DNA from: Takakia lepidozioides
Taxonomy: Eukaryota; Plantae; Bryophyta
Length of the DNA stretch: 64,000 nucleotides
Reading direction: 5' to 3'
Assembly (NCBI GenBank): GCA_030704615.1
Contig: CM060734.1
Coordinates: 27,404,001-27,468,000, forward strand
The notes beneath the pieces were generated by a model. It was not told the DNA's origin and made no database searches. It saw nothing but the letters and a program-made list of their open reading frames with translations. A program made the translations under genes and the position numbers. Every line of letters starts with the position of its first letter. The stretch's first letter is position 1. This document shows, piece by piece, positions 24,322 through 36,421 of this stretch.

Positions 24322-27300
24322 GCTGTGTCACGTCGTGATGGCTGTGATAGGCTGTGTTCCCGACTTGTTCTGCCCGCCTTGTCATATATGCTCGGCCTAG
24401 CGACAAGTGCTCCATACTCCGTTGGTAACACTGGCGCAGCCCGTGACTGCTCTGCGTTTCAACATGCAAATCATGCTGAAATGGTTTGTCATGGATACCA
24501 CTGTTACCCTTCAACTTTTGGCATGACTCTTCACAGCATTTCTTTGTTAATGGTTTGTAACATGGCGTTGGTGTTGTTATCATACATCTTTTGTATGACA
24601 TAAGGTCCTTTCCATGGTGATTTAAGCTAGAAGCTTAATCTTTCCCTTCTTCTGCAACCATAGAAACCAAATCTCCCGTCTTAAAAGTTTTAACTTGCCT
24701 TCATCAAACTGTTCCTTCCTCTTCATCTGAATTCTGGTCATATTATCAGCTGCATCAGCACGTACTTCTTCCACATGGTATAATTCATGTTTCCTGACCT
24801 CCTTAATGGAATCTTGCAATTCCATTCTCTTTCCCCATTCCGTTCTCATGGTAGGTAACAGGAATTCCACTGGAAGTAAGGCTTCCATACCATAAACTAA
24901 TTGGAATGGTGTATACTTAGTGGTGACTTTATATGAAGTCTTGTATGACCACAAAGCTGTCAGCAGCTTTGTATCCCAATCCGTTCTGTTTGCATTGACT
25001 ATCTTAGCCAAGATAGTACAAGTATTTTGTTGTAGCCTCTGCCTGCCCATTACCCTGTGGGTAATATGTTGTACTCTTCCTATGCACAATCATGAACTCT
25101 TTAGTCAATAATTCAATGGTCTCATTAATGTGAAGTGACTTCCTGATCACTGATAAATTCCAAGGGACAGCCAAATCGTGTAAGTATGTTCTCATACAGG
25201 AATTGCTGTGGACTTGGCTGTGTTGCCCTCAAAGCTTTAGCTTCCACCCACTTCGTAGTATAATCAGTGGCTGTAATTATGTACCTGTTCCGTGTATTCT
25301 TGGCTGGTGGGTTAATCGGGTCCAACAAAGTCTAGTCCCATTTCGAAATGGTTCCGTAGGCATTGTAGGATGCAAGGCCATCCTCCAGATCTCTGCAAAG
25401 GTCCTAGCCTCTGACATTCATCACAACTCTGACAATACTTGTGTACATCTTTGAACAATAGTAGCCACCAGTAACCTGCGAGTAGTATCTTCCTACTGGT
25501 AGTCTCTTCTCCAAAATGACCTCCAGCCACTCCTTATGAACTTCCTCCAAAACTTTATTTACTTCATGGTGGTACAAGCATCGTTTTAGTACTCCATCAG
25601 TCCTAGTTTATACATCTTCTGCTTCCTACCATAGTATAAGGTAAGCTTTGATAGCGATTCTCTTCCTCTGCTCCTTACCATAACTAGGTGGGCACTGACC
25701 ATGAGTAAGGTAGTATCTGATTGGCCACTGCCAATCTAACCAATTCATCTGCACTTCCTGCACCTCCATTACAAATAAACTCGCATCAGGTAACTGATGT
25801 CTACCTTCCTGTGGCGGCCTCTCCTGTTGTTAGTCGTGACAAATGATCTGCCACAAGATGCAAATGGCCAGGCTTGTAAACAACTTCGAAACTCAAAATC
25901 ATGCAAGATTATAACCACCTCGCTATCCTTCCACTTATCAAAGGTTTGTTCACCAGAATTATCAGAGCCTGGTGATCCACATAAAACATAAACTTTTCTC
26001 CCAAAGGTAATGCCCTGAATTTCTTGACTGCCATAAATCATTGCCAGTGCTTCTCTTTCAGTTGTGCTATAGTTCTTTCAGCATGTTCATCAACCTGCTA
26101 GCATAGTACACAAGTGAATCTATATTTCCTGTAACATTCTGGGCTAACACCGCTCCCAACGCTTCTCCTGATGCATCACAGTGAACATGAAATAACTACA
26201 TGCCAGTGAGGGTTAATCAGCACAGGTGTAGTTGTTACTGACAGTTGTAAGTTCCTCAAAAGCTTGTGACATTCAGCTGTCCATGCAAACACTCATCTTT
26301 CTTCAGAAGCTTGCTCAATGGTGCCTGCTATTTGTGCATACCTTTTGACAAATCTTCTGAATAACTGGTTTGCCCAAGGGGGAATCTCCTAGACTTTTAA
26401 CATTCATGGTGGTGGAGCGGCTTTAATGGCCTCTGTCTTCCTGGGATCCACAAGAAGTCCCCTCTTAACACAATGTGTCCAGAAGCACCCCTGAGTTCAC
26501 ACAGAAAGTTACACTTATCTGGATTCAGGCCCAGACCTCTCATCCTGGCATCTGGCCAGACATAACTCCAATTTATGCAAGTGCTCATTCGTAGAGCTGT
26601 ACAACTGAAATCATCCAAGAACACCTGCATGAAATCATCCAGATACTCATGAAAAGATTCACTTATCACTCTCTGAAAGGTTGCTGGTGCATTACAAAGT
26701 CAAAGGCATGACTTTGTATGCATAAGCACCCCAGTCTGTGATGAAAGCTGTCTTTCCTTGATCTTCTTCTGCCACTTGCACTTGATTATAACCACTGAAG
26801 CCATCCATGAATGAGTACATCTCATGGCCTGCCACAGTGTCCAATACTGCTTCTGTGAATGGCAAAGGGAAAAGATCTTTCTTTGTACAAGCATTCAGCT
26901 TCTTGTAGTTCACACATACTCTTAGTTTACCATTCTTCTTGGGAACTATTACAATGGGTGACAACCAAGTTGTATACTCTATTGGGTATATAAACTTAGC
27001 CTCAGCCAACTTCTTGAATTTCTTCTCCAACCTTCTGGGCGTAGTTGGGGATTCATTCTGTACCTTGCCTGTTTGATTGGTACTGACCCTGGTTCCAGTT
27101 CAATCTTATGCTGACAGATTTCAGGTGGTATCCCTTTTAGATCCTAGGATTTCCATTTCTCCTTCTCTTTCTTCATAGAAATGTGATGGGTAAGTGTTGG
27201 TTTCCTCTTCAGTTGGTGTTGCTGACACTACACCACAGCAGATACCTCTTAAACAACTTTGGCTTTCCAGCCGCATCTCTGCAACCTGCTCCCACTCTGG

Positions 27301-30290
27301 GTGTGCTGCAAACAAGGTAGCTTCCTGCTCCTCATCCAGTCCTCCTCTCCAGTCATACTCTCTGACCCCTCGAGGTCTTCTCATAGCAGGTAATCTACTA
27401 GATTTCTTTGTGGTAATTTGTATCTCGTGTATCCCATTATGCACGGTTAGTAACTGAGAATTCCAGTCATGGAATACCCTGGCCTGTTTCAGCCACGGAC
27501 GTCCCAATAATAAGGAGTAAGCCTCCATGACTTCATCCATCTTCAACACAGTTACTGTGATCATAAAGATCATCTTCTGTATCTGTATCTTAACTCCTCT
27601 TATTAATCCCAATGGCTGTACACTTCTTTGATCTGCCATTGTTACTGTAAATGGGGCTGGTTTCATGTTACTTAGACCAAGCTTCTTCCTTAATTGGTCT
27701 GTCATGATATTTACTCCAAAACCTCCATCTATCATTACATCAGTTAGTTCTGTGCTTCCAATTCTCAATTGGATTACTGGCATAGAATCATCAAAGTCCA
27801 TGACTGTTTCTCGCCCTTCCGGCTTCACATTATAACTGGTCACCTTGCTGTTCAGGTCTGTGTTTCCTGTCTCCTGGGCAATTCGATTGATTGCTTGATA
27901 CAGCCTGCTACAATAAGGTGCCACAGCCAATAGCTGTCCAATGGTAATCTCTGCTTTGGTCTGGCATATTACTTCAGCCAAAGTCCCTTCATTACTCTGC
28001 ATGTCTGCATCTTCTTTCTTCCTTTCATCCTCACTCACTTCTTCTTCTCCATCAGAATCAGAGGAATCTGCCATAGGAATATCAGTACTCTTCTGCATTT
28101 CCCTTATGGTATCTGCCACTTCCTTGTGCAGTTCCTTCTCATCCCTCCATGCCTCATCATCTTCAGGCATATCACTGCCACCTTCATTATCATCCTCTTC
28201 CTCAACTACTAGAGGTATTAGTTTGGCTTTGCTTCTTGTTACTATCATTGTACTTACTCCTGGTACAACACATGGCCTAACCATGTGAGCTGCCACCACT
28301 GGGCCCTCATTCACAGGAGCTCTCATCTCATTCTGGTGTCTAATCCAGAATGAACAGGCTGCCTTGCGATGTCCTGGCTGATTACAATAGTAACATAGTT
28401 CTTCACCATTGGGTCCTCGCCCTTGGTCTGTTCTTGGATTATTTCTGTAATCCTGATTCTCGGGCTGGTAATTCCCCCTTGGATTACCCTGATAGTTGCC
28501 TCTGGAATTTCCTTGGTAATTCCCTCTTGAATTACCTCTCCCTTCCATGCCATTGTTATAACCACCAGACCTACCATAGTGGTCCTGATCATTGTTTCTT
28601 CTTGGCTGGGGCTGCACCTGATGCACCCTTACTTGCCTAGGTTCTCTTGCAACTGTCCTTCTGTTGTAGTAACAATTCTCAGTAGAATGGTTATCCATTT
28701 ACAGATAGTACAGTGTTTCTCCTTCATGTGGCACTCTGTGGTGGTATGGCCTTCATTCTGGCACTTTGCACACCATACACCCTTCCTCCAATGTGTTGCA
28801 GCCTCTGTGGCATACTTCTTCAAGATTTCTTCCAATCTTTTCTCATAGTTATCCCTTTTCAACTTCTCCTTTCTCTTACTCTTCCTTTTTAGTTCTTGCT
28901 CTTCTTCTTTATCTGACTCATCCTCAGAGTCCTCTTCCTCCTTTTTCTCTCTCCTGAGCATTCCCAATTGCTCAATTATATTTGCAGTTTCAAATGCCTC
29001 CTCCAATGTATTATGGGGTAACATATCCACTTTCTTTTGCAACTCTGGTCTTAGTCCATTCACAAACCAAGTCTTCTGTAAACCTGGTGCTGGTACTGCA
29101 GCCAGCTTTTTCATCATCAATTCCATCTTTTCCATATACTCCTCAACAGTTTCATGCTTCTTTTGCTTTAACTGTTGTAAACTTCTATACACTTCATCCT
29201 CAGTTTTACTTGTCCTGAACCTATTTCGGAATGCTGTATTCAAGCCATTCCAGGTTAGGAGATGATTATCAGGGAATCTTGCATACCATTCACTTGCTTT
29301 CTTGATAAGTGAACAAGGAAACAATCTCATCTTGGCATCATCGCCATTCTCATTGTTCACTATACACATGTGCTCAAATTGGCTAATGTGTACATCGGGA
29401 TCCCCTTTTCTTGAATATATTGGAAAAGGTGGTTTTGCCCGTGTTGGTTGTAACGCCATCTGTGGCCCTACCTTCTGCCCACTGACAAGTACTGGCACCC
29501 TTGCTGGTGCTGGTCCTTCAGGACCTGTTGTTGTTGTGGTGGATCTTTCACCAAGTGGTGACCCTTGAGCACTCCCTGCTACTGGCCCCACGATATTCAC
29601 AGTATTCCCAGCTTCAGTTGCACTACTTCCCACACTCCCTGTCCCCCCAGAGCCAGATCCAGGCAGCCCGCCTGATCCCCCTGAGCCGACACCTTCGTTG
29701 GCCTGTGATCCAAGTGCTCCACTTGATCCAGGTCCAACGGGTTGGGATGTCCTGGTTGTAGTCTCAACCTCAACTGTTGGGTCTACTTCTTCATACTCTT
29801 CCTCTTCCAATTTCTTCTCTCTGTTTTCATCCTCCAAGTTCTGCCCTTGGGTTTCTTCTTCACTCATGTAACTCAAGTGCAATGGTGTTGGAGAGTCTGA
29901 ACTCTCCGTTGGCTCTGCCACATCCTCTCCTCCTTCTTCACCTTCCGCTTCAGAAACTGGAGTTCCTGCTTTTGGTGTTCCATGCCAACTCTTATCAAAG
30001 ATTTCTGTCAAATCTTTTATCCAGGGATGTACCTCAGATCTTTCACCTCATGATTGATCTTCTTCCCGTACCAATTCCCTTAATCTTTCTTGCAAAGAAA
30101 CATAAGGAGTGGCATCCAACTCTAGTTCTTCCGGTATGGGTGATGTACTCTCTGATCTTAATGGTGTGAGAGGTCCAGATGATTCCCCTATGTCTATTCC
30201 TCTCTCCCAAAGATATGGATAATTAGCTTTCAGATAGCTTTCTCTTTTTGCTGAATATCTCTGGCGTCTAGCTTCTCTTTCATCACTCAT
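24322..30290 (-). mobile_element. Athila-like Gypsy gag-pol, copy 2 (frameshifted)
   Basis: Retrotransposon gag (DPDVHISQFE..LFPCSL..ASEWY), three CCHC knuckles (CAKCQNEGHTTTEC, CTICKMDNHSTENC across a frameshift, CYYCNQPGHRKAAC), protease MIDGG, and RT/RH/INT duplicating 19744-23821. A ~200-bp deletion lies at ~27145. Confidence 0.92.
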
Positions 30291-30311
30291 GTCCCATGTC
30301 TTTCATTTCTT

Positions 30312-31007
30312 TTAATGTGGCAATAACCAAAACTCTCTTCTGTAATATCTCTCGTATATGCCTGGGTTTCTTTCAAGCTTCAATGCACCCTTTGCTATAC
30401 TTGAAGTCTCCGTTACCATATAACCATATGGCAAACAAGTCTGGAAAGCTGTTCTTGGTGTGAGTTTGATCCACAAAATATCCTTTGGAATCCAATTCTT
30501 TACCAGTACAAGCTCTTCATGCATATGAGTATAAACATTCACCTTTCTTTCCTCCCAGCCTTCAAACTCTACTCGCTTAATGGATAGCAATGCTATCACA
30601 TAAACCAATGTTGGTAACCAACGTGCTCTTCCTCTACAGGCCACCTGATAAATCTTTATCACTCCTTTCTCCAGACCCCACTCAGGGTCAGCATCATGCA
30701 CTCTCTTAAGAATGTTTTCTTTACAACTGTCTGGCAATTCCAAAAACCTCTGGAAGAATCGTTTGGACAATCTTTCCTTCTCAGTTTCACAAGGAATTGG
30801 ATTCACATCAAATTCTTTAATTCTCCAACCACCATGATCCCACCAGATGCCTGTCACATCTGGTTGTTCATGACCCAGTTCCCCAGTATGGTCGCCAAAT
30901 GTCGCGCGGCTTTTACCCACCCATCCCTTCGCTATCCGAGGCGGAAACTCCAAGATAGAAGAGTTGGAAATCTCTAAGTACTCAGCCCGCTCAGAACAAT
31001 CAGTCAT
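30312..31007 (-). CDS. Putative 231-aa 5' accessory ORF starting inside the LTR and crossing the PBS
   Basis: Uninterrupted ORF upstream of gag with protein-like composition. No recognisable family. Confidence 0.45.
   Translation of the reverse strand: MTDCSERAEYLEISNSSILEFPPRIAKGWVGKSRATFGDHTGELGHEQPDVTGIWWDHGGWRIKEFDVNPIPCETEKERLSKRFFQRFLELPDSCKENILKRVHDADPEWGLEKGVIKIYQVACRGRARWLPTLVYVIALLSIKRVEFEGWEERKVNVYTHMHEELVLVKNWIPKDILWIKLTPRTAFQTCLPYGYMVTETSSIAKGALKLERNPGIYERYYRREFWLLPH
30880..30897 (-). promoter_or_regulatory. Primer-binding site, tRNA-Arg-like
   Basis: The minus strand reads LTR-CA-TT-TGGCGACCATACTGGGGA. TGGCGAC... is typical of tRNA-Arg-primed non-chromovirus Gypsy elements. 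Confidence 0.75.
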
Positions 31008-31822
31008 GACCTACAGCTAGTGTATCATGGGGGTGTTTCCTATTTGTTTTCCTTCCCGCATTCATGTTAGCTAGTTATCTTATTGTTGGTAATTAAGTAT
31101 CAGTTTGCTTTATCAATCTATCGGATTCCATCAACTCATCCATTCATTCCACAGCTTCACTCAGATCTCTCTACACAGTGTGAGTATGAAGTGTGTATCA
31201 GATTAATATCTATCAAGTATCAGGCTGAAGCCATGGAGTCTCTAATCTGCTCTACATTACAATTCTACTGCCTGCATTCATTAAGCATCAACAGATCGTC
31301 CTCCTCCTACTCCGTGCTCTCCCTCTTTCTGCTCAGAGATACGCTCTCTGCCTCATTTCTCCCAGTAATGTCCGAAGTCCTCCCCCAGCAGTGATTCCCC
31401 CCCGAAGTGATCCAAGAATTGATCATTTTCCAGTCCTTGCTCCTCGCTTTATCTTCCTACCCGTTGTTCTAACCGTTTCCCTCACTAACCGTCATCCGTG
31501 AACTAACATGTTCCATTCGCAGGTGTTGTTCCCCACAGTCGTTCCCTGTCCTGCTACCCGTTCCCTATGGTCATGAAAGTTGTGTCAAGCTGTGACTGGC
31601 TGTGTGAAACTGTGACGGGCTGTGACTGGCTGTGTGGCTGTGTCGGGCTGTGTCGGCTGTGCGAAGCTGTGACGGGCTGTGTTGGCTGTGACGGGCTGTG
31701 TAACCCCCCCTAAAGTGCGCTGCTGTCACCCCTAAGGCTCCTGTTGGTCTCAGTCTGTGCAAAAATTAAGGGTACCCCACAGATCTAGTAAAAGTGTCTA
31801 AGTCCTAGACAGTCCTCCAACA
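30900..31822 (-). mobile_element. 5' LTR of Athila-like Gypsy element
   Basis: TGTCGCGCGG...CCTCCAACA with an adjacent PBS. Homologous to but visibly diverged from 14297-15289. Confidence 0.9.
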
Positions 31823-32109
31823 TTTGGACGCCATGGCGCAGGGCATACCACAAGACACTCCCTGCCACTCACCTGATGCATCCTCACTAACACACATCTT
31901 TATGTGGTGGTTTTTGGGACGGGCACAAGTGAGGGTCTTCACTTGTGTTGATTTCTTGAAGCTTGCAGTTCCTATTCTTGCAAATGTAGGTGCTGCTGAG
32001 CCTCTTGCCGCTTCAAAACTGCCAGCATACGGATGCAGACCTACTTCAACTTGGCTCCAATGAGGATCTATTTCTGCTCCTTACCTTGTTTGTGGTTTCT
32101 TGCAACCAT

Positions 32110-33700
32110 ATCTATTTTTTGGTGAGCTTACATACCAAGGCATAACCACATCCATATCAGTTTGGCATGGTATCAAGTGTAGGGCAGACACGAGAACTCA
32201 TGGAATACAAATCTACCGATTTATCTACTATTTTTTTCATGTTTCAATGCGGGTATAATGTAGCGGTCGGTACCTTGGCTGCACTGAAATTCGGCTCTAC
32301 AATGAAACCTCTTGGCTGGTTATTAAGACGGACTGTTGTGCCTTACTAGACAACACACATTCTGCAAGACCTTCATTTCACTTTGATTTCATATGATGGA
32401 CTGTAAACAGGGGTTTTTGAATTACCTTTCTACCCTGGCAGAGCTGTTCTTAAGACCCTGGAATACCACTCCGGACTTGTATCTGCTTAAAAAGACTCGG
32501 CCCTGTTTTTATTTTATGAATCCTGCTTGTGTCTTATGTCTTGTAAAACAGACATTGTGGTTATTTATAGACTACCGAGCATCACATTGTTGGGCTCTTT
32601 TTAGACTACAAACTGTTTTCTAAAGTACCCCAAGTGATCTCTTGGGACAAAAAATTGGCAAGCTCTATATGGTCTCTTAATATACTCCCTATATTGTGCT
32701 TGCTTTGCGTCTCCGCTGGCCTGCAATAGAAATACCGGATCCAGATGTACCAGTATGGGTTGGCTGGAATATGCTTAAGACATGTATGTCTTAATGTTTC
32801 AATTTCAATTTTAAGTACTATATGCTTGGCTCTGGAGATTTATCTCCAGACCTGCAATCTGGGTTTTTGAAATGAGATTACAATCTACAAGTATGGTGAT
32901 GAATATCAAACCCATGGTGCTTTCATGATATGAATGACCAGGAATCCCGCCCTCCCAACCTGTTTTTTTCAGATACCCTGAAATGTAACGAGGTATTCAA
33001 ATGAGATGGTTAAAAAAAAAGGGGTTGTTAGATGGTGCCCTGTAAAGGGCTGCATTGTCTTCCAATTACAATGACCTCAGTGGTCTTGTCCATGTCCTGA
33101 CATGACATGTATATCTTCCCTCTCTTTATCTGATCAGTGTACTTAGTGGTTTTTGTACACACCATCTACCCTTCTCCTTTCCTGTTTCACCTTCTCATTT
33201 TGATGTACTAACAATATTTTTTAAAGGGCCTTGGCAGATAGGCATCAAACACATTCCAAACTGGGATGATGAACTGAAAGCCCTGGGGTATGAATCTCCC
33301 TTGGCCAGGTATGTTCTTCTCCAGCAATAGTATGGTTGAATGATTGGGTATGAAAAGTAAGCATCCTTGATGATACCTGAAATAAGCACAGAGCATCTAA
33401 AGGACTTTTGAATGCTGATATTATGAGCTAAGCCCTGGTAAGACAACTTACGGGAGTATGTGTACACCTTATACATGATCCGGTCAATGCACACTACTTT
33501 TGTTAGCTAGTCTCATGTAGCCGATGCCTTATATCAGAATCAGATACCTTATGATTGAGTGACTGCCATGTCCTTTGATCAAGTGCTTCTATACTTCTCT
33601 TAGATATGGCTTTGCTCCTTGTGGCACCATAAGAAAATACCCATCTCTAATCTGTTGCTAGAAGATGTTTTGTCTATATCACAGGCATGGTACTACAGAC
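32110..33700. repeat. Diverged, fragmented relatives of the ~2-kb repeat
   Basis: 32110-32180 matches two unit segments joined by a deletion. ~33050-33700 matches unit sequence in reverse orientation (e.g. ATGATCCGGTCAATGCAC, GTAGCCGATGCCTTAT). Confidence 0.7.
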
Positions 33701-34809
33701 CTGAGCTGTTGCTGTATCTTGACAAGGTTCCTTGAACGAGGTTCCTTCCCTAGCCTGTTCTTCCCTGTGCAAGAACTTATTGAGAAACTGAAAGGTATTT
33801 TCTAAAAACTTGTACCTATCCAGAGCTAAGTATACCACTGAACTCTCTGTTCTTTTCTCGTGATACTATACCAGTTTTGCTATGATACACTTTATGCCAA
33901 TGTTTCATTCATGACCCGAGGAAGAGAGGATGTAGGATTCTACTCCCTTGGATAATATAATCTAAGGATAGAACTACATGGAAGAGGGGAAACCTTATGA
34001 GAAGGGGTCCGGTATGCACTCCCTTACGGGGTGAGTGCATACCACACTCACTCCGTAAGGTTCTGCCATGCCAGGGGATTGGCTGGTGGGTCCCTCTCTC
34101 TCCCTCTCTCCCTCTCCCTCTATAACTCTTTGGATTTCATCTAGCCTTAACCTTTTTGAGGCCGGTTATTTGGTTTTTCATCCCAATCTTTTTTTATCCT
34201 AATTTGGCTGATATTATTGTAGGATGATGAAACTTAATGTACGTAAAGCTTGGTTTACCATTTGTTTCTTTCATCTAAACTGGATGAACTACATGAATAA
34301 TGGTGACCTATTTTAATCCAAGAGATAGTAATTTTACCATCATTTATTAAACTTGAGCCTATACCCTAACCCTAAAAGATACCTTTGTATTGGATGTCAT
34401 CCATTGACAAAGTGCATCTCGTGCTAAAATGCGACTTTTCGTCCACCCTGCATGACAAATCGAGGAGCTGTGCCCTAAGCGGGCCGACACATTTCACAGC
34501 ACAGAACTCGTGCTTCAGGGATCCTCGATGATGCGCCGTGTAAATCTGCTCCCCTGCTGCTACATGGTACTCGTGATGGCTGGCTACATGGTACTCGTGG
34601 AGATGGTGGTGAGGGGAGACGTAGCAGTCGCCCATCCAAAACAGTTTTTGTTTACTGTTGGAGATCCTGCCAGTCGCTATTTTTTGTATTATAAACAGTT
34701 GGAAGATAGACTGGAGGCGTTCCGACAATCTTACCTCCGCGATAGACACTAGAATCAAGTACATGCTTGTGGTTTTCTCTCTGCTATTCCAAGGCTAGAT
34801 GACAAACTG

Positions 34810-35448
34810 TTGCCGAGGTACCTGGATATGGTGCAACCTCTGGTGGCTCAAATATTGGACGAGGCCCAGTTCCATACGATGTTGGAGAGAGCTCATCGCA
34901 GGTATCGGCTGGTTCCGGAGTGTTTACATGGATCTGCCTATGTCTGGACGCAGACTGCAATTCAGCAAAGGGTAAGCAAGTGGATGGAAGCAAAAACTTG
35001 GCCAGAGTTATTGACAGCCAGATGGATGGAGGACTTGTACATCAATCAACCCAGTGCTACACAAGTTTCGCAGGTGGGCTTCGCGATATTCGAACGATGC
35101 CACTTTCCTACTAACTGGGAGTATTCAGAGTTTTTGGGCAGAACGGAGAAGGTCTATGCGGATTCTGACGATAAGGTGCTGCCATGTTGGGAAGTGTTGT
35201 TATGGATGGGGCAGGACTATGGCCACACTGCGACGGGAGAATCAATTTTGAAGATGGGCACTCGATTGACACCAATCAGTGGACCGTGGCCACGGAATAT
35301 TACAGGCCGATTTGGTGTATGCATGTGTGCGCGTCGTGGTCAATGGCACAAGAATGAGCACTTGACGTCCTTACCTTACAATTGGCCATTAATTCCGGGA
35401 GAGTTCAGCAGTGCGGACTATTGTGAGACAACGTACAAAGCCTTTTAG
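34810..35448 (+). CDS. Orphan ORF, 212 aa, probably TE-borne or a gene fragment
   Basis: Open frame with globular, W/C-rich composition, preceded by a protein-like ORF at 34510-34752. No family recognised. Confidence 0.3.
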   Translation: MPRYLDMVQPLVAQILDEAQFHTMLERAHRRYRLVPECLHGSAYVWTQTAIQQRVSKWMEAKTWPELLTARWMEDLYINQPSATQVSQVGFAIFERCHFPTNWEYSEFLGRTEKVYADSDDKVLPCWEVLLWMGQDYGHTATGESILKMGTRLTPISGPWPRNITGRFGVCMCARRGQWHKNEHLTSLPYNWPLIPGEFSSADYCETTYKAF

Positions 35449-36421
35449 GGGCTGCATGAGAATCATTTTGATCCTTTGTGTTTTATGGCAGCCATTTTTT
35501 GCGGGGTTTTGGCTAAGTGGTGTCACTACTACCATGTTGTTGTTGATGTTAACAGGCTTATGTTGGGAGGACATGAATTCGGGATAGTAGCCAAGTTATT
35601 GCATCATCCGGCAAGGGAAATGCGGGTGTTAGAATTGATGTGCTTGATTGGATTTCTTCAGTGTGCAGATTCTGCTATGTATGATGATTGGGGGCCTTCG
35701 TGATACCACCCCTATATGGCGTTCAAGCAGTTCCAGAAGGAAGGTGATGAGCGTGACCATCGTCGATCGTATGAGTCAGAGGGGAGGCGGGAGAAGCGGC
35801 CAAGAAATTAGTTGCAGAAGATATAGTGTTTGCGGGGGCGCTGCACAATTAGGAGTGGGGCTATGTAGAATAATAGGAATTTCTGACTTAATGACAATTT
35901 TCAGAACTTTTTGATATCTTTCTTATCGATATAGCCTGCGATACCTTCGATATTGCTGCGATAGGGCAATGTTCTTCGATATCTTGTATACAGTCGATAG
36001 TCTATCTTGGACTGAATGATAGAAGAGATGGATGAATAATTGTAAAGGATGGATGAAGGAGTTTGAGCGGTTATTACAGTTATTGAAGTGCCCTGCTATA
36101 TAAAGCGTTAATGAGAAAAAGAAAGTGTCAATTGAGCCAAAGAGCCGTGACCGGGAGTAGAGAGAGTAGAGTGAGTAGGAGGTAGACTATAGAGTTATTA
36201 TGCAATGGTAGATTTAGTACTGCGTTCTTGCAGTGTTGTGATTTATGAATGAGAAGAAGAAGAAAAAGGAAGTGCAATTCACTTTGTGTATGTGTGAAGA
36301 ATGGAGTGATGGAATGAGGATGTGTTTTCGTGTGTAAGAACTGAAGAACCATGGGTTATCAAATATGTTCCTGATTGAAGTGATGAACCCAAGGCAATGG
36401 GAAGGCCAAAGCCATGAGATA

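Noticed and set aside
23614-24603. ORFs of 211-329 aa
   Set aside because: Artefacts of translating the N gap.
27135-27155. Ogre-like spliced intron between protease and RT (segment missing in pol copy 2)
   Set aside because: The deleted ~200 bp has no GT donor and encodes normal pol sequence; it is a microhomology (AG) deletion.
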